Source: Eledone cirrhosa (lineage: Eukaryota). Taken from it: 64,000 nt of DNA. The notes below the pieces were generated by a model that saw only the letters and a program-made list of their open reading frames with translations, was not told the origin of the DNA and ran no database searches. The stretch is from NCBI GenBank assembly GCA_964016885.1, contig OZ024741.1, forward strand, positions 222,580,001 through 222,644,000, written 5' to 3'. Every line of letters starts with the position of its first letter. Position 1 is the stretch's first letter. Shown here in pieces: positions 1 to 12,246 of this stretch. The position numbers and the translations under genes were made by a program.

Positions 1-1565
1 GACCTTTAATATTATTTTGACATCTGATGAGCAGCTGACTTCCACTACTGTGCATACCTTCTTTTCCCTGTCCCATATCACTATATCTGGTTTGTTGTGT
101 TTGCATTTATTGGGTTATGACTGGAATATTCCACCAGTGCTCTTTCATATTATGTATGTATATGTCTTCTACATTGCTGTAACTTTTTATGTGTTTATTG
201 TCGGGACTATCTTTTCTATGTATTGCATTGTATTGTGTTTTGACTAATACATCAGGCCTCATAGGTAGATGGTTCCGTAGTGACACCTATGGACAACTGT
301 TCATGATATGGGTGACACATTCGATGTTAATTCCGCAGTCTTCATCTGTTGCCACATCTAGGTGTTTTGCCTACATCCCTATCCCTTTTGTGAATCAGAC
401 ATTATTATAGTTATTTCCTGTTCTTAGATTGCAGAAGCATATCCTTCAAAGGGAGAGTCAAGATAGACTGCTTTGCTTATCTATATTACTCTCGCTCTGG
501 AGTCTGGAGCCTCCTGGCAACATATACATGCTTGATTTTTTGCTGATATGCATGCTGTTTTTTATCCATGGGTTCATTACTGTATTCTCTGGGTGCGAAT
601 TTTTGGTTATCACGCAGGGAATATTTCTCAAGGAGTTCCTTCTTAACTCTCATGATCTTATCTGTCTCGTGTAGAAAGACTTATTCAATAGATGGGCTCC
701 TACGCTTTGTGATTCGTAGATATTATCGGAGGTATATGATGCGACACTCAAATGCTGTCTGGACTGATGTTAGGCTTCAGCCTCCCTGTTTATGTTTCGG
801 GTAGAGGAGGTCTATGTCACTGTTGATGTGGAAATTTCCGGAGTTGGTTAGGATTTTTCGGTTTTTAACATTGATGTCAGAACATGCACAGCAAACACAT
901 TGTGGGCCACTGATTTATTGTGCGCTCAGAGTTCAGAAGACCATATTTTTTTTATTCGGTTGTTATATTCCTCAGTGAAACAGGTCATTGATACAGACGT
1001 TGCTAGATTGGGTTGTAGTTTTTCCATGCTTTACAGTCATATATGAACATTTATCCTGGTTAAACTCCATTCCTATATCTTTCGAGAACGTTGTGACTTT
1101 GTTCTTGGCATAGAGTTTCAGGTCATCCACAAAGAAGTTATGGGTTAGGTTTGTATTCCAGGCTTCCTGTGAACCAATTATGTATCATATTTCTTGAGCA
1201 GACCTTTCTTTTGATGGGGTTTGATGACAGAATAAATAGTAACACAGAGAGACTGTTTCCTTGAAATATATCATTGCGATATTTTGTTTTATCAGTGAAA
1301 ATAGAGTCTTCCTTCTCTGTATTTAACTTTAAGAAGGTAGGTTCTCTATGGCCCTGATAATGGTGGCTTGTATTTTAGCAAGTCGAAAAGCCTCTATCAT
1401 CTAAGAGTGGGGACCAGAATCGAATGCTTTCCTATAGTCCGGCCAGACTATAACCATGTTCCTCCTATGTCACCGCGCCACTGACATCGCGGTTTTCTTG
1501 ATTAGAAATTGTTCACCAGAAACACTAAATTCCTTTCCTCCCAGCTGCTTGCTCATCCGTGATGA

Positions 1566-1728
1566 TAGGGTCTGACACCATGCTTTGCAGCAAAGAGTTA
1601 CGGCCCTTTATGGTCTGAGTTCAAATCCCGCCGAGGTTAACTTTGCCTTTCATCCTTACAGGGTCGATAAAATAAAGTACCAGTAATACACTGGGATAAT
1701 TGTTGGCCTTGTGCCAAAAGTAGAAACA
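1566..1728 (+). mobile_element. tRNA-type SINE, 5'-truncated
   Basis: B-box-like GAGTTCAAATCC; body GAGGTTAACTTTGCCTTTCATCC..GATAAAATAAAGTACCAG; 3' end GGCCTTGTGCCAAAAGTAGAAACA followed by ATT; shared with other copies in the window. Confidence 0.85.
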
Positions 1729-1840
1729 ATTACTATTGTGACAGAGATCTTAGAGAAATAAGTTCAGGCAGGCTGTATACATACATTAGGTCTGGCATGT
1801 GGTATTTTACCTGTTAACATCTCTATTATCACCAATATAA

Positions 1841-2021
1841 TTGTTTCTACTTTTGGCACAAGGCCAACAATTATCCCAGTGTATTACTGGTACTTTATTT
1901 TATCGACCCTGTAAGGTAAAGTTAACCTCGGCGGGATTTGAACTCAGATAATAAAGGGCCGTAACTCTTTGCTGCAAAGCATGGCGTCCGGCCCTCTACC
2001 GATACTGCCAATCCACCGCCC
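1841..2021 (-). mobile_element. tRNA-type SINE with 15-bp TSD
   Basis: Reverse complement of the SINE consensus (GGGCGGTGGATTGGCAGTATCGG...GTAGAAACA); TSD TATTATCACCAATAT at 1824-1838 and 2023-2037. Confidence 0.9.
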
Positions 2022-2669
2022 TTATTATCACCAATATGATGTTTCCCTTGCCAGATCATATAGACAGACGTTGATTTACCAAAATGTAGGGGGCACAATT
2101 TGTCGTAAATATTCGCCTCCATTTTCGTCAATAGCCCGCAGAATTCCATCTTGTTAATATTGTTGTTATATGTCGTTCTGCGATAGAAATATTTATTCAT
2201 AAATTAATTTCTCTCTAGAAAGTTTCAATGGGGTATATTTCAATTGTTTATACTCTTGACTTTCCCATCTAATGGCAGACGTATTATCATTGACAGTGTT
2301 TTGATCTTGATGACCAAAGTGACTGCGAAATACTATAGCAGTCGATGTAAAAATCAGTTGATAAATGTGGTGTCAAATTCCTTACCGATATGGCTGTTTC
2401 AAGGGACTGTTTGAGTATTGCTGCTGTTTCTTGATGATCGACCTGGCTGCTAAAAAGCCTAGTAACATGGCGGCCTGTAACATTGCATGCTTGATCTGGG
2501 AGACTTACTTTGAATAATGTTTGTTATTTTTACGTTCGACGAACGCTGCTTGTTGGCGTAATTGTTTAGCTGTGAAGTAATTTAGTTCTGGATATATTTT
2601 GTCCCAGTATAGCTTCATTCTGTTCATATAGCCAACAGACAGATTTTTTTTTTTTGTCATATTATAACA

Positions 2670-2700
<31 letters not shown>

Positions 2701-2702
2701 TG

Positions 2703-3294
2703 TTCTTCTGGTTTTATAATTTCACAAAGTTTTACCAATAGAGAGAGAGTCGGTTTCTAACATAGACACAAGACTCTCTCATTGGAATTTACACAACATC
2801 AACTAGGTAGATTATGTATGTATGCATGCATGTGTAGATATGGATGTGGATGTTTTGAGTTGTATGCGTGCATGTGTATACGCTTTGTATCTGTACATGT
2901 CTATATGCAGTTATTAGATGCAAAATTTTTGAAATGTTTTACATATTTTTACTGTTCCATTAATGGATTGTACTTGTAGTTTCCTAACTAGTTGTGTTCT
3001 TTCTGTTCCTGTGAAGCCTAGCTTCTCAAGATTTGTATTGAGGCAGTTACTAACATATCCCAGTGCCCCAATAATCACAGGCATAAATCTCAAGGTGTAA
3101 TCAGGGTGGAGTATCTGCAGATTTCTCATCAGTTCTGCATAAATATTCTCCTTTTCGCTAATCTTTGATATTATATTGGCATCTGCTGGGCAGCTAATTT
3201 CCACTACTGTGCATGTTTTCTTCTCCCTGTCCCATATCATAATATCTGGTCTGTTATGCCTGCATTTCATTCGGTTTTTACTGGAACATTCCGT
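2703..3294 (-). mobile_element. 5'-truncated RLE family-A copy (endonuclease C-terminus plus 3' UTR)
   Basis: ORF 2914-3270: HNRPDIMIWD..VEISCP..K...Y..PVIIGALG (PD-(D/E)xK RLE motif); 3' end ...AAAACCAGAAGAA followed by (CATA)n; flanked by (TATG)n at 2671-2702 and 3295-3355. Confidence 0.9.
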
Positions 3295-4013
3295 TATGTA
3301 TGTATGTATGTATGTATGTATGTATGTATGTATGTATGTATGTATGTATGTATGTCAGGTCACCACTTGGTGCTACTGGTAACATGTATCCCAGTACAAC
3401 CTGTCTCATGGTCGGGTCGTTGGCGACTAAACTGGCAACCCCACCAAGGTTTCTTGGTGAGGAGGGGGACTTTGGACATCCAGCAGGACTAAAAACAAAA
3501 CCTGTCAAAGGGCAAAGGAGCTCTTAAGAGTCAATGGCCATCCAAAATCACTGGGACCCCTTAGCCTTTGTCAAGGCAGAATTCTAGGAGAAGGAAAACT
3601 CTGATATAACACCTGCAACCCTGATGGTATCCAATGATGTTGACTTGTTCTTCTTTTTGGTAAATATCATCTTGGTTAAGAGAGTGGGACTGGCTTTGTG
3701 CAGTGCCTTTGCTCACTATAAAAGCTTCACGGCACAGGCATTGCTTTATATCTGGAGATCTCTCTGCACTTGTCGTCACATGGTACCAAAGGCAAAGCCC
3801 TATGTGTCAATAATTGTCACAAGTGTAGTGTTTGTACCAGAGTTTTCAAGTCGCTGGCTGGACTAAAAAGTCACACTCGTTCAGCGCATCGGTAGGGGTT
3901 CTCCTACATGGATATAACGTAGTGGCCGTACTCGAAAACGAGTTGGCAGCCACCATGTATGTATGTATGTATGTATGCATGCATGCATGTATGTATGTAT
4001 TTATGTATGCATG

Positions 4014-4510
4014 TTCTTCTGGTTTTATAATTTCACAATCTTTTGCCAATAGAGAGAGAAATAGTTTCTAACATAGATACAACACTCTCTCATTGGAATT
4101 TACACAACATCAACTAGGTAGATATGTATGTCTGCATGCGTGTGTGTGCAGGTATGTGTGGGTGTGTATGTTTTGAGTTGTATGTGTGCATATGCATATA
4201 CTTTGTATCTGTACAAGAGTTTATGAAATTATTAGATGCAGAATTTTTGGAATGTTTTACATATTTTTACTGTCCCATTAATGGATTGTACTTGTAATTT
4301 CCTAACTAGTCGTCTTCTTTCTGTTTCTGTGAAGCCCAGCTTCTCAAGATTTGTATTGAGGCCGCTACTAACATATCCCAGTGCCCCAATAATCACAGGC
4401 ATAAATCTGAAGGTAAAGTCAGGGTGGAGTATCTGCAGATTTCTTATTAGTTCTGCATAAATATTTTCCTTTTCGCTAATCTTTGACATTATATTGGCAT
4501 CTGCTGGGCA
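4014..4510 (-). mobile_element. Second 5'-truncated RLE family-A copy
   Basis: ORF 4232-4489 nearly identical to the C-terminal part of 2914-3270; same 3' UTR and 3' terminus; (TATG)n-like tract at 3955-4013 and a short tract at 4510-4522. Confidence 0.9.
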
Positions 4511-4522
4511 TGTATGTATGTA

Positions 4523-5687
4523 GTTCGTTGAAACCCTGCTGGCAATTGTTAAAGACTTTAAAAATTAGTCGGGTGGGAGGAGTGGGCTATGATTTCCAAA
4601 AATTTATTTCGCATGGAACTGAATTTTCTTGCTTAGAGAGAAAATGGGAGTTCGTTAGCACACGCGTGACAACTAAGGAGATCTTACGGTATTCTTATAA
4701 CAGCAGTACAGAGTAGATTCAAGTCTACATTGATCAATAGACAAATTTTTCAATAAATTTTGTTGCATAATTTTCAATAAATATATAAGATGGGTTAAGT
4801 GAAATAACTCAAAGGAGCCAATGGGTGACAACCTGCAGGATTTGACCTTGGGACTTGTTAATAGTCGTTGCGTAACTGATTCTCACTGGGAATTCCAATC
4901 ATTTGAAACGAACAGGGACATCTGTTGATATTAGCGGCATTCTATGTATACATTACCACATCTAGTGATGATTTTGACTTCGAAATTGTGAAGCTAAAGT
5001 TCAGTCATAACCATACGTGTCCTATGGCATAGTCTTGACTGATCCAAGTTTCTGAGAAGAATGGTGACTGTGCCCTTCTCCAATTCAAGGTTATGTGGTA
5101 GCATACCGCAAAGTTCCAGATTGTTGAGAAATTCAACGGAATAATAAACATCTCCGAGGCTTGGGAAATCTGAATGTTCCCCCCTCGCTCCATCCATTCC
5201 GTTTTCGGAAAAATAGTCGTTTATAAGCATGTCAGAGATCAGATTAATAGATTTAAACGGCTGTAACTCTGAGGGTCCCCCTCACTCTCTGCCTCCGTGT
5301 TTTTTTTTTTTTTTTGGGGGGGGGGGGGGTCGATTGCTAGCACGTCGGAAGTCATATTAGCGGAAAAGAGACAAGAAACCTTAATTATTATCAATTTTAT
5401 TTAGTGTTAGCGTTCAGCGTACAAATAAACTTCTTTTTTATAAGTATTATAAATATGTGTGTGTGTATGTGTGTGTGTGTGTGTATGTATACATATATAC
5501 ATACGTGTGTGCGTGCGGTATATCTGTGTGTGTGTGCGCGCGCGCGTGCGTGCGTGTCTACCCTCTCTCTCTCTCTCCATTTTTCTCTCTATCAGTATAT
5601 GTGTCTCTCTGTATGTCTATATACTATATATTTAGTGTTAATAGCGGTGAACGTACAAAGAAACTTCCTTCTCATAAGTATATAGAT
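4523..5687 (-). mobile_element. Helitron remnant with PIF1-type helicase pseudogene fragment
   Basis: YYSVEFLNNLELCGMLPHNLELEKGTVTILLRNLD (4994-5230) and RMPLISTDVPVRFK*LEFPVRISYATTINKSQGQ (~4830-4945) match PIF1/Helitron helicase motifs; minus strand begins A|TCTATATACTTAT at ~5687, like a Helitron 5'-TC end; boundaries approximate. Confidence 0.7.
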
Positions 5688-5929
5688 ATCTTTCTTTATT
5701 TGCCACAGGGGCGTACAAAAATGGGACATTACAAGACGTAACGGCGGGGGTTTTACATAAAATCTTTAACAATGATAAATAACAATAAACTATATAAAAA
5801 TAAAACAATTGAAATCTCCATTCGGGAGGGGGTTGGGGGTAACGCTACACCCCGTGGATAGAACAACCCTCAACACCAGGGACACGTTTTGTAGGTTTTC
5901 CCGTCTTCCCTCTGTTTATCTTCCTCAAT

Positions 5930-8900
5930 CTACAGGTTTATATACAGAGAAGGCCCATTCACTCGGGCCATTTTCGCCACATTCACCCACCTTTCAGCGA
6001 ATTTACTGAGGTGTAGCACCTCTCTCTCCACTCTCACCTTCTTTCTGAAGTGATACTTAAAGAAGGGGATGAGTTGTTGTCCGGAGAGAAAGGTGCTTGC
6101 CCTCAGTCCTTTTAATCTCGTCCACCTTATTCCCTCTTTCGCCATAGCCACCAGACAGAGGAAGACCGCCTCTCCTTCATTCTTAAATGAAGGCGGCGGG
6201 GTGATCCTCACGATGGACTCGACTGACAACTGGATGCGTCCTACACGTGACAGTAGCTGTTAGACATTATTCCACAGATCGGTCACCCCTTGGCACTGAA
6301 CAATTGCGTGCAGAACGGTTTCGATGTTCTGCTCGCATCTTCGACAGGTCCTTTTTGGCAGGATCTCTGCCAGGGCATCCGTGCCAGTAGATTTTGTCTC
6401 GAACTGGTAGAGCTCCTCGGTAGCACTGCCAGGTCAGAGGCCTCTGGAAGTTATCCATAAGCCCTGGACGGAAAGTCCTCCCGAACAGACTGGTCAGTTC
6501 GTCTTCCTCGATGCCTAGAGTTTCCCCAAGAACGCCGTCGCAATTATCCTCCACTAATCCCCTATAGAATGTCGAAGTGGAGTCTCCGCTGATTGCCGTT
6601 TCCGCTTGGTAGTGGGCTATGAGCGCCTGAAGGCACTCGAGGTGCCAGGCGCCATTTTCGGTCTTCGCTTGACCCAGGACTGCAGCTTTGTTAGTGAGAC
6701 GAGTTGTGGAAGAGCTCGTCTCACAAACAACAGCCACACCGGTTTGCCGGTCAGGAATACCTGGAGATGGCGTAGCCTCAGCGCGTGTTTGCGCACCATC
6801 AGCCACGGTATGCCCAGCCTTCCGTTAGAAGGGTGTTGACAGCAGATGGATCTCCTTACCAATGGAACCTGTTTCTTCCAGAGGAACTTGAAGAGTAGGC
6901 GTTTCATTTTGGTGAAGTATTCGCGGGGACAAAGCACGACTGCCAAGCGGTAGTAGATGACAAACGCTATGTAAGTGTTGGCCACCTCCGCTCGACCTTT
7001 CAAGGATAGTTTGCACTCAGCCCACTTCTGGGTGAGTGCAAACATCTTCGCCGTGACCTCGTTCCAGTTCTTGTCCACCTGGAGGTCTGGACCAAACCAA
7101 ACCCCGAGCAATTTCACCGCTCCTTCCGTCCAGCGTCCAACGGGTTTGCCTCTCCATGTGCCGCGTTGCAAACCGACAGACTTGTTTGGGTTTAGTCTTT
7201 CTCCTGTCAACGTTTCGTATTCCTGTAATAGGTTGCCGATTAGCCCGATGTCCGAGGTTTTCGACACCATTACGGTTATGTCGTCGGCATAGGCCGACGC
7301 TGCTTTCCGCAGTCCTGGTTCGATCGGGATGCCCTGCAACAGCTCCAACTGCCGTAGTAATGGCTCGAGAGTCAGTACATACAGAATGGAGGAAAGAGGG
7401 CACTCCTGACGGATGGAACGCATGATTTGGAATGGCTCCGATAGGTAGCCATTCACCTTGACTACCGAGCAGATGCTGGTGTGCATGGCAGCGATCCAGC
7501 CCCTGCAGACGAGACCGAAGCCGGCCGCCTTGAGAATCGCTTCCAAGTATTGATGGTCGACCCTATCAAATGCCTTAGACTGATCTAAATTGACCAGAGC
7601 CCCACCGAAGCCAGGTTTCCATCCTACCCTCTCGATGATGTATCGCACGAGGTGGAGGTTGTCGTGTATGGACCTGGTCGGGATTGCACACGTTTGCACT
7701 TCCCCTACCAGGTTCTCGACGACAAGCGCCAGCTAACACCTTGGCCAAAATCTTTAACTCTGTGTTGAGCAGAGTTATGGGCCTGAAATTGCTTATCTCA
7801 TCCCCTTTGTTCTCATATTTCCTGATCAGCGTTACTACGCCTCTGCCTGCAGAACTGGGAATCCTCCCGTTCTGTTGCCTGTTGCAGTAGACCACTTCGA
7901 GGACGCCAGAGAACAAGTCTGGCATGCTTATGTAAAACTCATAGGGTAGACCATTTAAACCGGGTGATTTGCGTTTCCCGCAGCAGCCTAGGGCATCTTC
8001 TATTTCGCCCGCTGTGATCGGCCTTTCGTAGCTCTCTGCATCCGTGCTCGAGAGTCGTGGTACGCCGTCGAGGTAGGAGCTGAAGTCTATCACCTCCCTT
8101 GACGTACCGCTTTGCCCGAAAAGTCGTGCAAAATGCTGCTGGAAGGCCGTGCACATCTGCTTGGATTCAAGTAGAATGCGTCCATCTTTGTCTTGCAAAG
8201 ACCGAATTGTGGATTTGTTGCCACTTTTCGCCTCTGCCACGCGGGCCCAGCTAACAGCTTTGGCTCCCTCGTTTCTTAGAGCACGTGTTCTACACTCTGA
8301 AAATACAACCTTCGTGTTTCACGTTGAAGAACTGGTTTAGAGCCGTTCTCGCCGCTAGCACGTCAGCTGTACTGCCATTCCTAATGCCTCTTCTACTTTA
8401 GCTACCAGTTCATTTTCGGTTTTGTTTTTTTCTAAAGCTACTTCCTTGTTAACTGCTATCGATTCTATTCTAATTGCTCACTTGAGAGAGCTCCACCACC
8501 TGTTGTTGATGATTGCCACCATCAACTGGCACTTAACTAAGGTGCTAATCCGTTTACTGTAGGCCTTACGCACCGGAAGCGATATGTTTAGCTTCCAGTA
8601 TCCGGGTCTCTGTCTATGTGTTCTGTCAAGGTCCACCTTCACTACCATTCACCTCCAGGACCACCAAGCTGCCCTCCGGGTCCAAGTGTATCGTCTGTGC
8701 TTTGAGATCCAAGTTTTTTCGAAACAGAACAGCAACTTCCCCTCCAGCTCCTGGCTGACAGAGAGATGCATAGATCTCAAAGTCATTGAACATGGGGGTT
8801 AGCTGCTGCTTGTCGTGAATCCTGGACTCGGTGATGGCTATCACATCTATACAATGTGACCTGAGATCATTTAAAAGCTGGCCCTGTTTCCAGGGCATGC

Positions 8901-8943
8901 CCAGGCCACGTACATTCAAACATCCAACTTGTTTAGTCGCCAT
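5930..8943 (-). pseudogene. Tx1 copy A ORF2 (APE-RT), frameshifted with a deletion in the endonuclease
   Basis: ORF pieces 8626-8943, 7575-8240, 6617-7699, 6267-6806 and 5930-6229 are collinear with intact ORF2 29433-32852. Confidence 0.9.
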
Positions 8944-8983
8944 GTTGGTGAAGAAGAGTTAGGGAGAGAAAAGGCAGGAACAC

Positions 8984-10831
8984 TTACCTTTTCGTTTCCT
9001 GGAGGTCGGGTTGTTCGATCTCCATGTCCCGATTGGGGGTGTTTGGGCAAGGAGGGAATCCTTTTAGAAGGACACAGTTAAGGGGTTTTTGGCAAGGAGG
9101 GCCCACATCAATGTTTCATGTTGTAGGATTGTTATCCTGATCAGTTTGAGGTTTGGGGGTGGGTCGTTGGTGGGGAAGCTTTTCCCTGCTGTTTGGATAG
9201 TAGGGTCCTTTCGGACAGTTTCTACTAGTTCTTTGTTTGTTGTTTTTATATATGTGTAATGTGTTTTGTTTTTTATGTGTACTGTTTCTGTTTGTAGTTT
9301 TCTTTTTGTGGTTGGGTTTGTGATTGTAGTGGTGTGGGTGTTTGTTTTGTTGGTGAAGTGTTTGGTTGTGTTGGTGGTGATTGTGTTGTTGGTGTGTTTG
9401 TCGTTTGTGGCGGTGTATTTATGGTGGGGTTGGGTGTGTGCGTGTTTTCTGTAGTTGTTTTTGTTTTATTTTTGTCTCTTTTTTTTTGTTTTTTGGATTT
9501 TTGGGGTTCCTCTTCATTCTCACTTTGAGATGTAGAGGTTCCCGTGTCTGAGACTTCTGAATCAGGGGTAGATGGGAGGGGCATGTTGTGTGGTGGGGTG
9601 TTTGTGCAGGTGTTTGTGGAAGTATTTGACAGGGAGGAGGCAATGGAGGGTTTTTCAGTGGGATTTTGTGTGTGTGGTTGTCTCTGGTCTGTGGTGGTGT
9701 GGGAGTGGATTTTGCAGGTTTTTGTGTTGTGTTCGGTTTGTGGGGTTGATGTTGGGGTTTCGCTGTTGGTAATAACACCTTGTTTGTCCTCGGTTTGTTT
9801 AAGAGAGGGCAAAAGGCCTTTAAGTGTGTGGTTTCCCCACACTTATGGCACTGAGGTCTTTCCTCCTCCACTAAAATGGAGATGACATCTTCCTCAAGGA
9901 CGATCCTGTCCGGGATTTTCTCAACTCTCTCTGGCCTTATTTGTACCAGAACCTCGATGCAGGTTCCAAACCAGTTATGCCGGTCTGTCCTGTCTACAGA
10001 TAGGAGGGTGTCCTCATCCTTCTTCAGGATGCAGCGTAGGATCCACCATATGTTGACCTCTGCTGGGATCCTGGTTATTTTTATTTTGTAGGATCTTCTT
10101 CCCATGCATGTGGGGAAGAAGATGTGTTGATCCGTTTTTATTGGGTGAACCGAGTGTTTTTGAGCCAGAGTTTTGCTCTTAAAGAGCACTGACACACTTC
10201 CATACTGTTTAGTTCTTTGGAGGTATGCCACGTCTGGCTTGATATCTTTTAGTGCAGCTTCAATAGTGCTTGTTGGGAGCGTTATGGGTTTTTTTGGTAA
10301 TGATGTCAATTGTTCTGTAGATCAGTTTCTTTTTCTGTGTCATCTCTCTTACTTGTGGGGGTATGTGCATGTGTGGGGTGTCTCCCTCAAACGTCACATA
10401 GTTGGAAGCTTCTTCCAAATATTGGGACTTTTGGGAAATGTCCATGAGGTAATATTTAAAATCCTGTTGCTTAGCAACGGTTGCTGCAAATGAAATTTTG
10501 TTATTGTTGTTGTTGGTGGTGATGATGGTCTCATTCGTTGTGTTGCCGCTGATTCCTTTTGTTGTGTTGTTGAGTTGTTGTTGTTGGTTGTGGTGGTGTT
10601 AGTGTTTGCTACACATTCTTCCTTCTGTGTGTGGATACATGTGACGTTTGTGACGTCAGGCGTGTTCAGTTGCTTACAAGCAACTGAAGCTTGTTCCTCT
10701 TCTAAATGTTGAGGCGATAATGCTGGGATTCCTTTGTCCATGTCTGCTACTACTTGCTGGTCAAGTAGGCTTGGCTTTCCCTTCCCATCTTCTTGTTTTG
10801 ACAAAGACGTAGGTGCCTTTGCTTCGGTCAT
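8984..10831 (-). pseudogene. Tx1 copy A ORF1 (CCHC gag-like protein), frameshifted
   Basis: Pieces 10394-10831, 10260-10445, 9419-10309 and 9273-9842; CX2CX4HX4C knuckle and low-complexity P/T/K tail as in the other ORF1s. Confidence 0.8.
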
Positions 10832-11626
10832 TTTTAAAAATTGAAGTGTTTTGCAAACATTTTCCGAAAATATGTTGGATGTTTTTGCCCTGAGGGGCAC
10901 GATATTTTGGGAGACTGACCAGATCAAAATTTGACCTGTCAGTCCCTCTACAAATTGGTATAAAAATAAAAGTTCACAATGATGAATTTCTAAAGAAATT
11001 TGAACAAAATTTACCGAGCAAGTTTAACACATGTGTCCATCCCAGATATAGATAGATAAGTATATAGATGGCAGTGGAGACTTCTGGTGTCCTCGGCCCC
11101 AGGGTTACGTCCTCACTCACCACCATAGGCGCTGAGCTGGCCAGCCGCAGGTGTGAGCCTCGCGAGTTGTAGTGGCTTTTCCAGCGCGTCTCCCTTGCCG
11201 TCCTCCGGGGAAACGCCTTCTCCATTCTGTCCGCCGGGGCTGTGGGTGGGCCCCATCGCGTACCAATACATTAGTTAAATACCATTCTTTCATCTGATAC
11301 AACACAATAAAGACAAGTAGGTTGTGGATTAGATAAAAAAAACCTTAATGAACTGGAATTTGCCTCTTGGGTTGTTGTTTCATTCTTTTTTTTTTTTCTT
11401 TTCTTTACTGTTTAGTGAGGAAAAGTAGGGTCCTGTTTGTGGCACTTTTGATGGTCTCCGCTACAGGTAGGACGAGGAAAGTATTCTCCAACTGGAGATC
11501 TAGTCCTAAACATTTGCAAACGAGTGAACTCCGTTAACCTTTTTGTTATCGTATTTCTAATTAAATACAGTTTTTTAGTTAATTAATGAAGAATGATTTA
11601 CTAAAATTATTAGCCACTTCATTATT

Positions 11627-12046
11627 AAGATTGGCAGAATCAGTAGAGCGTCGGAGACCATACTTCGCTGCATAATTACATCCCTTTACGTTCCGAGTTC
11701 AAATCCCGCCGAGGTTAACTTTGCCTTTCATCTTTACGGGCTCGATAAAATAAAGGACCAGTAATACACTCGGGCCGATTTAATCGACTTTCCCCTCCCC
11801 CAAAATTGCTGGCCTCGTGCCTATATAAGAAACCTTTATTAAGATTGGCAGAATCGGTAGGACGTTGGCCACCATGCTTCGCGGCATAGTTGCGTCCCTT
11901 TACGTTCTGAGTTCAAATACCGCCGAGGTTAGCTTTGCCGTTCATCCTTACGGGCTCGATAAAATAAAGGAACAGTAATGCACTGGGGCCGATTTAATCG
12001 ACTTTCCCCTCCCCGAAATTGCTGGCCTTGTGCCTAAATCAGAAAC
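11627..12046 (+). mobile_element. Head-to-tail dimer of SINEs (long subtype)
   Basis: Two units (~11627-11834, ~11841-12046), each AAGATTGGCAGAATC..GTTCAAAT..GGCCTYGTGCCT..GAAAC, each preceded by TTATT; both carry the extra GGGCCGATTTAATCGACTTTCCCCTCC segment. Confidence 0.85.
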
Positions 12047-12060
12047 TATTAAGATGTTAT

Positions 12061-12246
12061 TTGTTTCTACATTTGGCACAAGGCCAGCAATTACCCAGTA
12101 CATTACTGGTACTTTATTTTATCGACACCGTAAGGGTGAAAGGCAAAGTTAACCTCGGCGGGATTAGAACTCAGAATGGCAAGGGTCGTAACTCAATGCG
12201 TCAAAGCATGGTGTCCGAATCTCTACCGATACTGCCAATCCACCGC
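12061..12246 (-). mobile_element. tRNA-type SINE
   Basis: Reverse complement of the SINE consensus, tail-to-tail with the preceding dimer. Confidence 0.85.

Larger units (their letters stand above)
1..2670 (-). mobile_element. Decayed R4/Dong-like RLE non-LTR retrotransposon (family A), interrupted by two SINEs; runs off the left edge
   Basis: Minus-strand remnants: N-terminal GYMNRMKLYWDKIYPEL..TAKQLRQQA (2505-2670), DYRKAFDS (~1420-1445), IFQGNSLS (~1245-1270), NFFVDDLKL (~1115-1142), PDIVIWD/CTVVEVSC (~30-90); many stops and frameshifts; 5' side abuts (CATA)n. Confidence 0.8.
5688..11055 (-). mobile_element. Tx1-like (L1 clade) non-LTR retrotransposon, end-to-end but decayed (copy A)
   Basis: ORF1 pieces with CHKCGETTHLKAFC; ORF2 pieces APE (GCLNVRG, 8626-8943), RT (LDQSKAFDRV, AYADD) and C-terminal domain to 5930; 3' end CCCCTGTGGCAAATAAAGAAA; TSD ATAAGTATATAGAT at 5674-5687 and 11056-11069. 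Confidence 0.93.
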
